A stretch of 64,000 bases of DNA from Oscillospiraceae bacterium. Its GTDB lineage: Bacteria; Bacillota; Clostridia; Oscillospirales; CAG-382. This document shows positions 54,824 through 64,000 of this stretch, piece after piece. Positions within the stretch are counted from its first letter, which is position 1; every line of letters begins with the position of its first letter. Both the position numbers and the translations under genes were made by a program. Location of the stretch: positions 36,632 to 100,631 of the forward strand of contig SVQU01000001.1 in NCBI GenBank assembly GCA_015065165.1, given 5' to 3'. The notes under the pieces were generated by a model. That model worked only from the letters and a program-made list of their open reading frames with translations. It did no database searches and was not told where the DNA came from.

Positions 54824-55564
54824 ATGCGTTCTAATACTTTTAAAGAAGTTAAATACAGTATATTTATATTTGCTTCGATTTTGTTTTGTGTAATGTTGTT
54901 TTATCTTATCGCCTCTATGTTCATTTCTATGGGGTACGATAAATTTGAAAAGAACAAAGCAGCAAATGCAGATATTATTAATTCTCCCACTGTGATTATC
55001 GACCCGGGACACGGCGGAATAGATGCAGGCGCATCGGCAAACGGTCTTATTGAAAAAGACTTGAATTTGGAGATTTCAAGAATTACATCAAAGTTTTTAG
55101 TTACTTTTGGATATAACAGCGCTTTAACACGTGATGAAGACGTTTTGCTTTTCGATCCTCAGATTGAGGGTTCAAGGAAAACGCAGGATCTACGAAATAG
55201 AGTTATTTTTGCTGAAAAATATGATAATTCTTGTTTTGTGAGTATCCATATGAATAAATTCCCAAGTGAGGTTTGCAAGGGACTTCAGGTTTTTTATTCA
55301 GAAAACAACCAATTGGGAAAAGAACTTGCACAATCCTTACAGCTTAATGCAGGCATTTTACAAACATATAACAAGCGAAAGATAAAAAACGGAACAGATA
55401 CAATTTATCTTCTTGAAAACTTGGAAATTCCTGCGGTTTTAATAGAATGCGGTTTTTTATCAAATTTGGAAGAAGCCAGAAATTTAAATAAAACAGAATA
55501 TAAAACGGCACTCTCTTTTTCGATATATTGCGGGATTGCCGATTTTTTGGAGAACAAACAATGA
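54824..55564 (+). CDS. cwlD: N-acetylmuramoyl-L-alanine amidase, CwlD-like (spore cortex)
   Basis: N-terminal TM helix. Amidase_3 motifs VIIDPGHGGIDAGA, SIHMNKF and ECGFLSN. Confidence 0.75.
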   Translation: MRSNTFKEVKYSIFIFASILFCVMLFYLIASMFISMGYDKFEKNKAANADIINSPTVIIDPGHGGIDAGASANGLIEKDLNLEISRITSKFLVTFGYNSALTRDEDVLLFDPQIEGSRKTQDLRNRVIFAEKYDNSCFVSIHMNKFPSEVCKGLQVFYSENNQLGKELAQSLQLNAGILQTYNKRKIKNGTDTIYLLENLEIPAVLIECGFLSNLEEARNLNKTEYKTALSFSIYCGIADFLENKQ

Positions 55565-56931
55565 AAACCGAATTTATATGCGAAAATTGCGGATACGTTG
55601 CACCCAAGTGGCACGGCAGATGTCCGCAATGCGACGAATGGAATACATTTGTAGAAAGGGAAGAGGTGGTTACCTCTGCATCTAAGAATGTAAAAAGAGC
55701 TAAGCCTAACAATAGCATTGTTTTAGATAACCCCAAAGCGCAGAAAATTAAAGATATCTCTTTTCTTGAAAAGGAACGCACTTCTACCGGTATTGGTGAA
55801 TTTGACAGAGTTCTCGGAGGAGGTATTGTTTCGGGTTCGGTGGTTTTGCTTTCGGGTGAACCCGGAATAGGGAAGTCTACCCTTTTATTGCAAATTTGCA
55901 CTAAATTAGGCGACCAAGGGCGGATTTTGTACGTTACCGGCGAAGAATCTGCCGCGCAAATTAAAATACGTTGCAGACGTCTTGGTGTTGAACACGACCA
56001 GGTTTATATTTTAAGTGAAAATAATATCGAAAATATTATCGGCGAAATTAATTCTTTGCAACCCGAGGTTGTTATAATCGACTCGATACAAACGATGTTT
56101 GATGAAAATTATCCGTCATCTCAAGGCAGCGTTACACAGGTACGCCAGTGTGCTTTAAGACTTATAAGCAAAGCAAAGGAAGATAACGTTTCGATTTTGC
56201 TGGTCGGACACGTTAACAAAGAAGGTTCCATCGCAGGCCCTAAGGTTCTGGAACATATGGTAGATGCTGTTTTATATTTCGAAGGCGACAAACAGCACGC
56301 ATATAGAATTGTTCGTGCCGAAAAGAACCGATATGGTTCTACAAACGAAATCGGTGTGTTCGAAATGTGCGATAACGGGCTTACCGAAATAGAAAAACCC
56401 TCTGAAATGTTGCTTTCGCAACGTCCAAAGGGTGTGCCCGGAAATTGTCCTGTTTGCGTTATGGAAGGGTCGAGACCGATTATCGCCGAAATTCAATGCT
56501 TATCAACCGCTACTGTCTATCCATCGCCCAGAAGAATGTCATCAGGCATAGATTATAACCGTTCGTCTTTGCTTTTAGCGGTATTGGAAAAACGCTTAGG
56601 TTTGAAATTTTCTACTCAAGACGTTTATATTAACGTTGCCGCAGGTATGAGGCTTATTGAGCCCGCTTGTGATGCGCCGTGTGCAATGTCAATGATATCA
56701 ACCTATAAAAACACACCGATTCCCGATGATTTGATCGTATTCGGTGAAATAGGCCTTGCGGGTGAGTGTAGATCTGTATCCAATACAAATCAGCGTATAA
56801 ATGAAGCGGCAAGATTAGGATTTAAGCGAATAGCACTGCCATATAGATCCTTAAAGTCGGTAAAAGCACCTACCGGTATCGAATTAATCGGAATCAGAAG
56901 TGTTTTTGATCTTTCTAAATTATTAGATTAA
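55561..56931 (+). CDS. radA: DNA repair protein RadA/Sms
   Basis: Zinc finger CENCGYVAPKWHGRCPQCDEWNTF, Walker A GEPGIGKSTLLLQ, the KNRYG motif and a Lon-like C-terminus. ATGA overlap with cwlD. Confidence 0.95.
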   Translation: MKTEFICENCGYVAPKWHGRCPQCDEWNTFVEREEVVTSASKNVKRAKPNNSIVLDNPKAQKIKDISFLEKERTSTGIGEFDRVLGGGIVSGSVVLLSGEPGIGKSTLLLQICTKLGDQGRILYVTGEESAAQIKIRCRRLGVEHDQVYILSENNIENIIGEINSLQPEVVIIDSIQTMFDENYPSSQGSVTQVRQCALRLISKAKEDNVSILLVGHVNKEGSIAGPKVLEHMVDAVLYFEGDKQHAYRIVRAEKNRYGSTNEIGVFEMCDNGLTEIEKPSEMLLSQRPKGVPGNCPVCVMEGSRPIIAEIQCLSTATVYPSPRRMSSGIDYNRSSLLLAVLEKRLGLKFSTQDVYINVAAGMRLIEPACDAPCAMSMISTYKNTPIPDDLIVFGEIGLAGECRSVSNTNQRINEAARLGFKRIALPYRSLKSVKAPTGIELIGIRSVFDLSKLLD

Positions 56932-56971
56932 GTTGTTAACAAATTGTTAACAATCGGACAAGGAGGTAAAA

Positions 56972-57766
56972 ATGGAGCGATTTTGCGACCCGAATCTCCC
57001 GAAAACAAGAGTAAAAAGAGTATTTATATCTCAATTAATGCCGGATGAACTTGTATCTGAATTTAATGATATGGGTATTAAAACCTATAAATTAGGAAAA
57101 ACTCCCAATATAAGAACCGAATTGGCGTATCATCCGGACGTGCTGGTAAATAATTTCAGAAAAGGCTTTTGGATGTGTGAAAATGACGCTAAATACATAC
57201 CAAAAGAAATTCCGCGCAGTATGATTCTTGAATCAGAAACCGAATTGGGACAAATATATCCGTATGATTGTTTATTTAACAACTACCGAATCGGCAGAAC
57301 GCTTATTTGTGGTAAAAGTGCAGATTACTTAATTAAGGCGTACGCGACCTATGATGAGCACAGAATTATCTATGTACAGCAAAACTACACCAAGTGTTGT
57401 AGTATTCCTGTAACGCATAATGCAGTGATAACTTGTGATTATTATATAGGTAGAGCACTGAGAGCCAACGGTTTTGATGTATTAACCTTAAAGGATTCTG
57501 ACACAATAGGACTTAGAGGATACAGCCACGGATTGATCGGCGGATGTGCCGGTAAGCTTTCTGATAAACTCATTGGTTTTACAGGTGATTTAAATAAATA
57601 TACGTACGGAGATGATATAAGAGATTTTTGTGCCAATTATGGTGTAGATGCGTTTTCTTTATCAAGTAAACCTATGTATGATTACGGCGGAATTCTGCCC
57701 ATAACCGAAGTAGTCCCAAAAGGCGAAGAAGACACTGCCACCGACATTTTTGATATTAAGGGTTAA
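56972..57766 (+). CDS. Hypothetical protein, possibly pentein/GME-fold (amidinotransferase-like)
   Basis: 264 aa. Motifs AYHPD and SHGLIGGCAG (candidate nucleophile Cys). RBS is AAGGAGG. The fold assignment is tentative. Confidence 0.45.
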   Translation: MERFCDPNLPKTRVKRVFISQLMPDELVSEFNDMGIKTYKLGKTPNIRTELAYHPDVLVNNFRKGFWMCENDAKYIPKEIPRSMILESETELGQIYPYDCLFNNYRIGRTLICGKSADYLIKAYATYDEHRIIYVQQNYTKCCSIPVTHNAVITCDYYIGRALRANGFDVLTLKDSDTIGLRGYSHGLIGGCAGKLSDKLIGFTGDLNKYTYGDDIRDFCANYGVDAFSLSSKPMYDYGGILPITEVVPKGEEDTATDIFDIKG

Positions 57767-57878
57767 ATTTCAGTTTAATGCTTCCCTCTATTGTATAAAA
57801 TTTTTATTTTATACAATTGGATATAGAAGAGAATAGGTCAAAATGTATATACCCTTTTACTGCAATAGACAAAATTAA

Positions 57879-57908
57879 AACGGCAACTAACGTTGCCGTT
57901 TGTTTTTT
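57879..57908. terminator. Bidirectional intrinsic terminator
   Basis: 9-bp stem AACGGCAAC/GTTGCCGTT, with an A-run upstream and TGTTTTTT downstream. Confidence 0.75.
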
Positions 57909-57920
57909 ATTCTCCGAATT

Positions 57921-58916
57921 TTATCCTCTGTCTACAAATACTTGTTCATCGGTTGACCAAGGATCTTCCGGACGTTCCTCGGGATGCTGTTCGTAATACG
58001 GGTCTATTACGTATTTCTTTGATACAGGATACGCGCAATATACTCCAATGTACGTTAACAGCGAAAACATAAACATACAAAACAGAATTATAGCCACTTG
58101 TGGTAACAAAACGTAAATATAAGCGTAAACAATAACAACTACTATAACCGCAAGCACACCAACGAGGTTTCGTTTGATACCCAGAGCTGTGAGAAGAAAA
58201 GAATTCTTTATCATCTTCCCTATTGACATCTTACATGTTACTAACTGTAAATAGATATAGAATCTCATTACGTAGTAAATCGCTGAAATGGCTATAATTG
58301 CATAGAAAAATACAAGATTAATAAATGATGCCGATGATGACGCGCTGTACACAATCAAATCGTAAACAAGCATAACAATTATGCCTGCATCTAACACACT
58401 GATAATAATACCTTGTTTAAAATTACGTTTTATTGCGTAAAAATAATCATACCAGGTGTAAATGTGTTCACCTGTGCAAACGTTTCGGATATTGTATACC
58501 AGCCCAATTGTAGACAAACCAAAAGTAAACACCAATGCAAAAGCAGAATACATTAATACCTTTGAGATAGTTGAAAAAACACGTCTGCTTGCAGAGGCAC
58601 AGAATGCGCTGTATAAAGCCGCTATCGCAGGGCCGTTGTCATTCTTTGCTATCGCGCTTATTTGCGCATACAGCGGGTCTGCGGCGGTTGTGGTGTAATC
58701 GTCCAATGTTCCCGATAAACCAAACAATGCGATGAAAAAGAAAATATTGCACAATGCGAAGATTAAATTCGATGCAGAAAATTTGCCCAGACGCATTTTC
58801 ATTAATTTGAAGAAAAATCCGAAGCCAAGCTTTTTATCGAATTCAACCTGTTTTTTTGTAATACCCTTTCCGGATTTATTGTTTGTACCCGAAAAGAAAT
58901 CATATATCTTACCCAT
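57921..58916 (-). CDS. Polytopic membrane protein (possibly YesL/DUF624-like)
   Basis: 331 aa with 6 or more TM helices and an acidic C-terminal tail. The family assignment is uncertain. Confidence 0.5.
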   Translation of the reverse strand: MGKIYDFFSGTNNKSGKGITKKQVEFDKKLGFGFFFKLMKMRLGKFSASNLIFALCNIFFFIALFGLSGTLDDYTTTAADPLYAQISAIAKNDNGPAIAALYSAFCASASRRVFSTISKVLMYSAFALVFTFGLSTIGLVYNIRNVCTGEHIYTWYDYFYAIKRNFKQGIIISVLDAGIIVMLVYDLIVYSASSSASFINLVFFYAIIAISAIYYVMRFYIYLQLVTCKMSIGKMIKNSFLLTALGIKRNLVGVLAVIVVVIVYAYIYVLLPQVAIILFCMFMFSLLTYIGVYCAYPVSKKYVIDPYYEQHPEERPEDPWSTDEQVFVDRG

Positions 58917-58928
58917 TAGAAAATTACC

Positions 58929-59837
58929 TTAAGCACGTGGATGAAATTTTATATAGCTCTTGTTTATTTTTTCTTTTAGGAACTGTGTATATCTTTGAGT
59001 AGAAGCGATATCGGAATGTCCTAAAATCAATTGGATGTCGTGTATATCGGCGCCGTTTTCTATTAGATGCGCCGCGAACGAATGTCGCAATGTGTGGGGT
59101 GTAATATCTTTTTTAATACCTGCAGCAGAAACATAGGATTTTAAAATCTTCCAAAATCCTTGTCTTGTCATTTTTTCGCCCGTAACGTTAACAAAAAGTG
59201 TTTTTTCGCCCGAATCACAAACAAAAAGCTTTCTGGCTTTATCAAGATATGATTGAATAGCTTTTGCGGCTATAGGATAAATCGGAATAAATCTTTCTTT
59301 TTCGCCGGAACCACAACGAATGAACGAAAGCTGAGAGTTGAAATCCGAAAGCTCGAGACTAATAAGCTCGGAAACCTTTATACCCGTAGCATAAAGCACT
59401 TCCAACATAGCTTTATCTCTAAGCCCCTTAATATCGTTCGTGTCGGGTTGTGCCAAAAGCTTTTCAACCTCTTTTGAGGTAAGAACGATAAGCTCTTTCT
59501 TCTCTACTTTATCATTATGCACAGCCTTTGCAGGGTTATTCTCACAAATACCCTCGGATATCAAAAATTGATATAGACTTCTTAAAGAAGATAAAGTACG
59601 GGATACAGAAGCTGAAGAAAGACCCTTATCAGAAAGATATTCTTTAAAGTTTGAAACCGTATCGCAATTTACATCTATAAAATCGGAAATATTGCTAAAT
59701 ACAGCAAACTCTAAAAATTTATCAAGATCACGGCGATACGCTTGGATAGTGTTATCGCTGGATTTCTTCACGTCTCTTAGATGCGAAAGATAGTTATTAA
59801 GTTGTGATGTAAGATTCAAATTTTCACAACCGGTCAT
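58929..59837 (-). CDS. xerD: Tyrosine recombinase XerD/XerC type
   Basis: N-terminal SAM-like domain (NTIQAYRRDLDKFLEF). Catalytic region ATGIKVSEL...HTLRHSFAAHLIENGADIHDIQLILGHSDIASTQRY. Confidence 0.8.
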   Translation of the reverse strand: MTGCENLNLTSQLNNYLSHLRDVKKSSDNTIQAYRRDLDKFLEFAVFSNISDFIDVNCDTVSNFKEYLSDKGLSSASVSRTLSSLRSLYQFLISEGICENNPAKAVHNDKVEKKELIVLTSKEVEKLLAQPDTNDIKGLRDKAMLEVLYATGIKVSELISLELSDFNSQLSFIRCGSGEKERFIPIYPIAAKAIQSYLDKARKLFVCDSGEKTLFVNVTGEKMTRQGFWKILKSYVSAAGIKKDITPHTLRHSFAAHLIENGADIHDIQLILGHSDIASTQRYTQFLKEKINKSYIKFHPRA

Positions 59838-59851
59838 AATATAAATTCCTG

Positions 59852-60454
59852 TTAGTTTAATTCAAATAATAAAGTTAATAAAAAGCAAATGATTAACGAA
59901 ATTGTCAGCACAGTAAATAATCTAAAATAATAGATTTTTGTATATTCCCTTTTGCCGATACCGCTGCAGGCAAGTGAAGAAATTTCAAATAAAGCCACAG
60001 TAATAATAATCAAAAAGAAAATCACAGCCGCAGAAATAACGCAAACTGTTGCGGTTCTGACATTAAAGGCGCACATCGTCAAAAAATTTGACAGCACAAA
60101 AATGTTGAAGGTGCTATACAGACAAATAAACGCTTTGCCCAAAAACGGTACGAGAGAAACAAAACAAGCAATTAGTGTTATCAAAATAAATTTCAAATGG
60201 AGTTTGTTTGAAAGATAAATCGAAAAAACCAACGCGTTTTGCGGATGAAATTTCCCTATTGCTGTAAAAAACGATAACAGCAATGTAAAAGAAAACAATA
60301 ATATACAAAAGAGCCTTTTATTACGAAAAAAGTACCTGTACAAAAAGTAATTTGTTTTCTGTAGGAAAATTTTAAATTTGCTCGGCGGTATATGTCCCTT
60401 GGGAGTATATACAGTTAAAGCAGTCGTTATATTTTCTGTCATTTTTATCACCAT
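59852..60454 (-). CDS. Hypothetical polytopic membrane protein
   Basis: 200 aa with about 5 TM helices. A sporulation role (SpoIIM-like position next to xerD) is only a contextual guess. Confidence 0.45.
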   Translation of the reverse strand: MVIKMTENITTALTVYTPKGHIPPSKFKIFLQKTNYFLYRYFFRNKRLFCILLFSFTLLLSFFTAIGKFHPQNALVFSIYLSNKLHLKFILITLIACFVSLVPFLGKAFICLYSTFNIFVLSNFLTMCAFNVRTATVCVISAAVIFFLIIITVALFEISSLACSGIGKREYTKIYYFRLFTVLTISLIICFLLTLLFELN

Positions 60455-60484
60455 TAGATGTCTATGATAATAAAAATGATAAAA

Positions 60485-61318
60485 TTACATTTCAGAGGAA
60501 ATTTCGTCTGCCCTTTTTGTACAAGCGCTCATCGCCCTTGAAACAGCACCGCAAAAATCATCCTTTTCGAAAGAGTTTAAAGCGGCAAGAGTTGTCCCGT
60601 TAGGAGATGCAACGTTACATATTAAGGTTTCTATTTCATCGCCGCTTTTCTCTATCATCGATACAGAGCCTTTAATGGTTTTAAGAATAAGAGGCAAAGC
60701 CGTTTTCTTATCAATCCCCTGTTCCTCTGCTGCATCAAGCATAGCTTTTACAAACAAATAAACGTATGCGGGTGATGAACCTTGAACCGAGATGATAGGA
60801 TTCATCAGTTCTTCTTCAATAGATGTAACGTATGCAATCGAAGACATCAATTGGCAGAAGAATTGAAAATCCTTTTGGTTAACCTGCGCGTTAGGAGTAA
60901 CGGCAAGAACGCCCTCGCCGATTAGAATAGGTGTACTCGGCATGGTTCTAATAATAGGAAACGAATAGCCGACAACCTGTTCCATATAATCCATAGTTAC
61001 AGCGGCGGCAAAAGACACAACAATACATCTATGAAGAACGCCGGGGATATCCGCAAGCTGTTTCAAAACGCTACCCACAACGTTGGGTTTTACAGCAAGG
61101 AAGATATACTCTGCTTCGGAAACTGCAGTTTCTAAACACAGCGAAGTGTTTATACCCAACTTTTTAAATGCGGGAAATTTATTGTCATTTCTATTGTAAA
61201 CCGTTATATATTCTGCGGGCATTGTTTTGGTGTTAACAAGACCACACGCCACGGCAGAAGCGATTTTTCCGCTACCTATAAAAAGAAGCTTTTTATATTT
61301 GCCTGCAACACGAGACAT
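60485..61318 (-). CDS. proC: Pyrroline-5-carboxylate reductase
   Basis: Rossmann fold LLFIGSGKIASAV and C-terminal VASPNGTTLAALNSFE. Confidence 0.85.
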   Translation of the reverse strand: MSRVAGKYKKLLFIGSGKIASAVACGLVNTKTMPAEYITVYNRNDNKFPAFKKLGINTSLCLETAVSEAEYIFLAVKPNVVGSVLKQLADIPGVLHRCIVVSFAAAVTMDYMEQVVGYSFPIIRTMPSTPILIGEGVLAVTPNAQVNQKDFQFFCQLMSSIAYVTSIEEELMNPIISVQGSSPAYVYLFVKAMLDAAEEQGIDKKTALPLILKTIKGSVSMIEKSGDEIETLICNVASPNGTTLAALNSFEKDDFCGAVSRAMSACTKRADEISSEM

Positions 61319-61606
61319 ATTATGTACCTCTCTTATTTGGAGTGTGCACTAAACATAATAATACAAAAATCCAATTATTTCAAGTGTTTTGGCAAAAGTT
61401 AATTAAATTTATACATTATCACCATATGTTATGTAAACAACGTTATGTAAACCTTGGCAACTTGCGGGATATTTTGTAGCGCATCGAAAATAAGAAACAA
61501 TATATAGTGCTCGTTTTGTTTTTGATATTTTTTGTTAGAAATTATTACAACCGCAAAACAGCAATATGCACAAAAACGATTTTCTGCAAATTATGACCTG
61601 TTCTTA

Positions 61607-61635
61607 TTGAAATATGTCTCAAGTGATGTTATAAT
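61607..61635 (+). promoter_or_regulatory. Sigma-A type promoter of the pseudouridine synthase gene
   Basis: TTGAAA-17 nt-TATAAT. Confidence 0.55.
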
Positions 61636-61684
61636 GATTCTCGGATGAATTCCCTCCCCTATTTTATTGTTTAAGGTAAGCTTT

Positions 61685-62635
61685 ATGCGCGAAATTATTA
61701 TTAAGAAAAACGATGCCGGACAACGCTTGGATAAATTTTTAACAAAAAAATTTAAAAATATGCCTATCTCCCTTATTTATAAATTAATAAGAAAAAAGAA
61801 GATAACCGTTAACCGCAAACGTACAAAAGAAAACGTTATCCTTTCCGAGGGTGATTTGATTTTAATTTTCGTTTCGGATGAATTGCTTGGCGGTGATTCT
61901 TCCAAAAAGAAATTTACCGCCGGCAAGGTTAACGTTATATACGAGGATGAAAATATTTTAATTGTTGATAAGGAATCGGGACTTATTGTTCATTCAGATA
62001 CTAATGATGAATCCGACACTCTTATCGACCGCATTACCGCGTATTTAATTAATAAAGAAGAGTTTAACCCAGACGAAGAAAACAGCTTTGCCCCCGCTTT
62101 GTGCAATAGAATTGACAGAAACACCCAAGGTTTAGTTATCGCGGCTAAGAACGCTCAGGCGCTTCGCGAAATGAACGATATTATTAAGAACCGTAATATA
62201 CAGAAAACTTATCTTGCTGTTGTTCACGGTGTTATAAAGCCCCAGGAAGGCGAAATTAAGCTTCAGCTGGAAAAGGATTCGGATAAAAATATCGTAAAAG
62301 TTAAAAATACTTCTACTGTTAATTCAAAAACCGCTATTACCAAGTACAAAACCATTGACAAAACGCGTAATAACGATTTTAGCCTTTTGGAAATAGAGCT
62401 TATCACAGGAAGAACACATCAAATCAGAGCAACTTTTGCTCATATCGGTCATCCCCTTTTGGGCGACGGTAAATATGCCGTTAATAAAAAAGACCGTGAG
62501 ATTGGTTATAAATCACAGGCTTTGTGTTCTTATTCTATTAAGTTTGTTGGTTGTGAAAAATACGAATTGCTTTCTTATTTAAATAAAAGTGAATTCATCG
62601 CAACTAAACCCGATTTTTTAAAGTTGTTTATGTAA
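61685..62635 (+). CDS. RluA-family 23S rRNA pseudouridine synthase with S4 domain
   Basis: S4-like N-terminus (RLDKFL...). Motifs HRLDRNT-type NRIDRNTQGL and RTHQIRATFAHIGHPLLGDGKY. Confidence 0.85.
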   Translation: MREIIIKKNDAGQRLDKFLTKKFKNMPISLIYKLIRKKKITVNRKRTKENVILSEGDLILIFVSDELLGGDSSKKKFTAGKVNVIYEDENILIVDKESGLIVHSDTNDESDTLIDRITAYLINKEEFNPDEENSFAPALCNRIDRNTQGLVIAAKNAQALREMNDIIKNRNIQKTYLAVVHGVIKPQEGEIKLQLEKDSDKNIVKVKNTSTVNSKTAITKYKTIDKTRNNDFSLLEIELITGRTHQIRATFAHIGHPLLGDGKYAVNKKDREIGYKSQALCSYSIKFVGCEKYELLSYLNKSEFIATKPDFLKLFM

Positions 62636-62641
62636 TAAAAA

Positions 62642-62665
62642 AAGACCGCTTTATGCGGTCTTTTT
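62642..62665. terminator. Bidirectional intrinsic terminator
   Basis: Stem AAGACCGC/GCGGTCTT flanked by an A-run and a T-run. Confidence 0.75.
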
Positions 62666-62668
62666 GTT

Positions 62669-63964
62669 TTAAATTTCATTTTTAAGAATATCTTCGTAGG
62701 TTTCGCGCTTTATAATTAACTTATCTACGCCGTTATTTACCGAAACCATTGCGGGTTTTGGTATGCGGTTATAGTGAGAAGCCATAGAGTAGTTATATGC
62801 GCCCGTAACGGCAACGGCAAGAATATCTCCGCGGGAGAATTCCTGAACCTGCATATCCTCCCCTATCAAGTCGCCGCTTTCGCAACAACGGCCTGCAACC
62901 GAAGCGGTGATATTTCTGGGAAGGTTGGCTTTGGAACCATTGTAAACCGTATATTCAGATTCATAAAGGGCATAACGGGGGTTATCGGGCATACCGCCAT
63001 CTATACAAACATAGTTTTTATATCCCGTAATCTGCTTAAATGCGCCAACGGTATATAATGTCATACCTGCATTGGCAACGCAGAATCTACCCATTTCAAA
63101 AAGGAATATAGGCGATTCAAGACCTCTTTCGGAAACCATTATATCAAGCTCGTTTTTGATTTCGCGCAAAATTTCATCAACAGTTACAACGGGGTGTTTT
63201 TCAGTATATCTAACACCGATACCGCCGCCGAGATTGATTTTTTTGAAAGTGAAGTCAAGCTTATTCTTAACCTCAACAGCAAAGTCGAGCATAATTCTCG
63301 CTGCATCGGTAAAAGGAAATTTATCGAAAATCTGACTGCCGATATGGCAATGTATACCTTCAAGCTGAAGGTTCTTACATTCGAGAGCAGTTTTTACAAA
63401 TTCCAACGCCTGACCTGTTTCGATAGCAACACCGAATTTTGAATCCACACTGCCCGTAACAACAGCACGGTGGGTGTGAGGATCGATACCGGGGGAAAGC
63501 CTTAACAAAATGGGTTGAACCTTATTTCTCCCCCCTGCTTGGGCGTTAAGATAAACAAGTTCGTCAAAATTGTCAACAACAAAACCGCCGATATTGTTAT
63601 CCAACGCATAATTAATATCAGCTTCGGTTTTATTATTTCCGTGGAAATAAATCTTTTCGGAGGGAAAACCAACGCTTAGAGCAGTGTATAGTTCGCCGCC
63701 GGAAACAACGTCTGTACCAACGCCCTCGTCCTTTGCTATTCGGTATATCTCTTTACAGCAAAGGGCCTTACTTGCATACAAAGGAAGACTTTCTTTGCCG
63801 AAATACTTTTCAACCGCCGCTTTATATTCACGGAAATTGCTTCTGATTTTAGCCTCATCGGTTACGTATAAAGGCGTACCGTATTTTTCGGCAAGCTCGA
63901 CAACGTCAGAACCGCCGAATGCCAAGTGTCCATTCTCGAGAACTTTAATATTATCGTGAAGCAT
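62669..63964 (-). CDS. lysA: Diaminopimelate decarboxylase
   Basis: 431 aa, PLP-dependent fold III. Motifs LYASKAL, HCHIGSQ, GGGIGV and CESGD. Confidence 0.9.
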   Translation of the reverse strand: MLHDNIKVLENGHLAFGGSDVVELAEKYGTPLYVTDEAKIRSNFREYKAAVEKYFGKESLPLYASKALCCKEIYRIAKDEGVGTDVVSGGELYTALSVGFPSEKIYFHGNNKTEADINYALDNNIGGFVVDNFDELVYLNAQAGGRNKVQPILLRLSPGIDPHTHRAVVTGSVDSKFGVAIETGQALEFVKTALECKNLQLEGIHCHIGSQIFDKFPFTDAARIMLDFAVEVKNKLDFTFKKINLGGGIGVRYTEKHPVVTVDEILREIKNELDIMVSERGLESPIFLFEMGRFCVANAGMTLYTVGAFKQITGYKNYVCIDGGMPDNPRYALYESEYTVYNGSKANLPRNITASVAGRCCESGDLIGEDMQVQEFSRGDILAVAVTGAYNYSMASHYNRIPKPAMVSVNNGVDKLIIKRETYEDILKNEI

Positions 63965-64000
63965 CTTCGCCTCCTATAGACATTTCTATAATTTTTGACC

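Noticed and set aside
58929-59837. Tyrosine recombinase considered as a phage or ICE integrase
   Set aside because: Its sequence and length are of the XerD/XerC type. It lies in a housekeeping context (proC, radA, rluA-family), with no adjacent excisionase, att repeats or phage genes.
61319-61606. 290-nt non-coding gap between divergent proC and the pseudouridine synthase gene, inspected for a T-box, sRNA or small ORF
   Set aside because: I could identify no specifier or T-box sequence, strong hairpin, repeat or RBS-preceded ORF. It probably holds just the divergent promoter regions.

Overview
AT-rich chromosomal segment of a spore-forming low-GC Firmicute. It looks like Clostridia: sigG, cwlD, the rpsF-ssb-rpsR operon, LexA Cheo-box logic and Ser/Glu-rich linkers on surface proteins. 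All calls rest on reading the ORF track, remembered family motifs and manual inspection of RBSs, hairpins and repeats. No database search or HMM was run. Most of the window is tightly packed housekeeping: typA, trmB, dapF-murE, a Na+-pumping oxaloacetate decarboxylase operon, sigG, potABCD, rsmA, rpsF-ssb-rpsR, prs, recA-recX-rimO-pgsA-cysS-mrnC-lexA, ppiB, radA, xerD, proC and lysA. There are two tRNAs, Lys-UUU and Arg-CCG. I saw no CRISPR array, IS element, prophage or rRNA. The best candidate for an undescribed system is the five-gene operon at 959-7359 on the minus strand. It encodes an AlgI/DltB-type MBOAT, two exported DHHW (AlgJ/AlgX-like) proteins, an FkbH-like HAD-IIIC/GNAT loader and a dedicated acyl carrier protein. 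This follows Dlt pathway logic with a different loader and different ecto-transferases. Secondary points of interest are listed next. (1) A small AT-rich islet lies downstream of tRNA-Arg; it opens with an inverted array of eight 9-mer GATTTCATC-like units, followed by LRR-like and HIT/HExxH/P-loop genes. (2) An orphan sigG sits behind a two-component system, with a hairpin that occludes its RBS. (3) A 290-nt multi-hairpin element is bounded by two identical 24-nt hairpin repeats. (4) An orphan MsmX/MalK-type ATPase is frameshifted. (5) A sigma-70/ECF-like protein carries a roughly 340-aa C-terminal extension. (6) PotD appears to be anchored at both ends. (7) Very long codon-aligned antisense shadow ORFs reflect strong codon bias.
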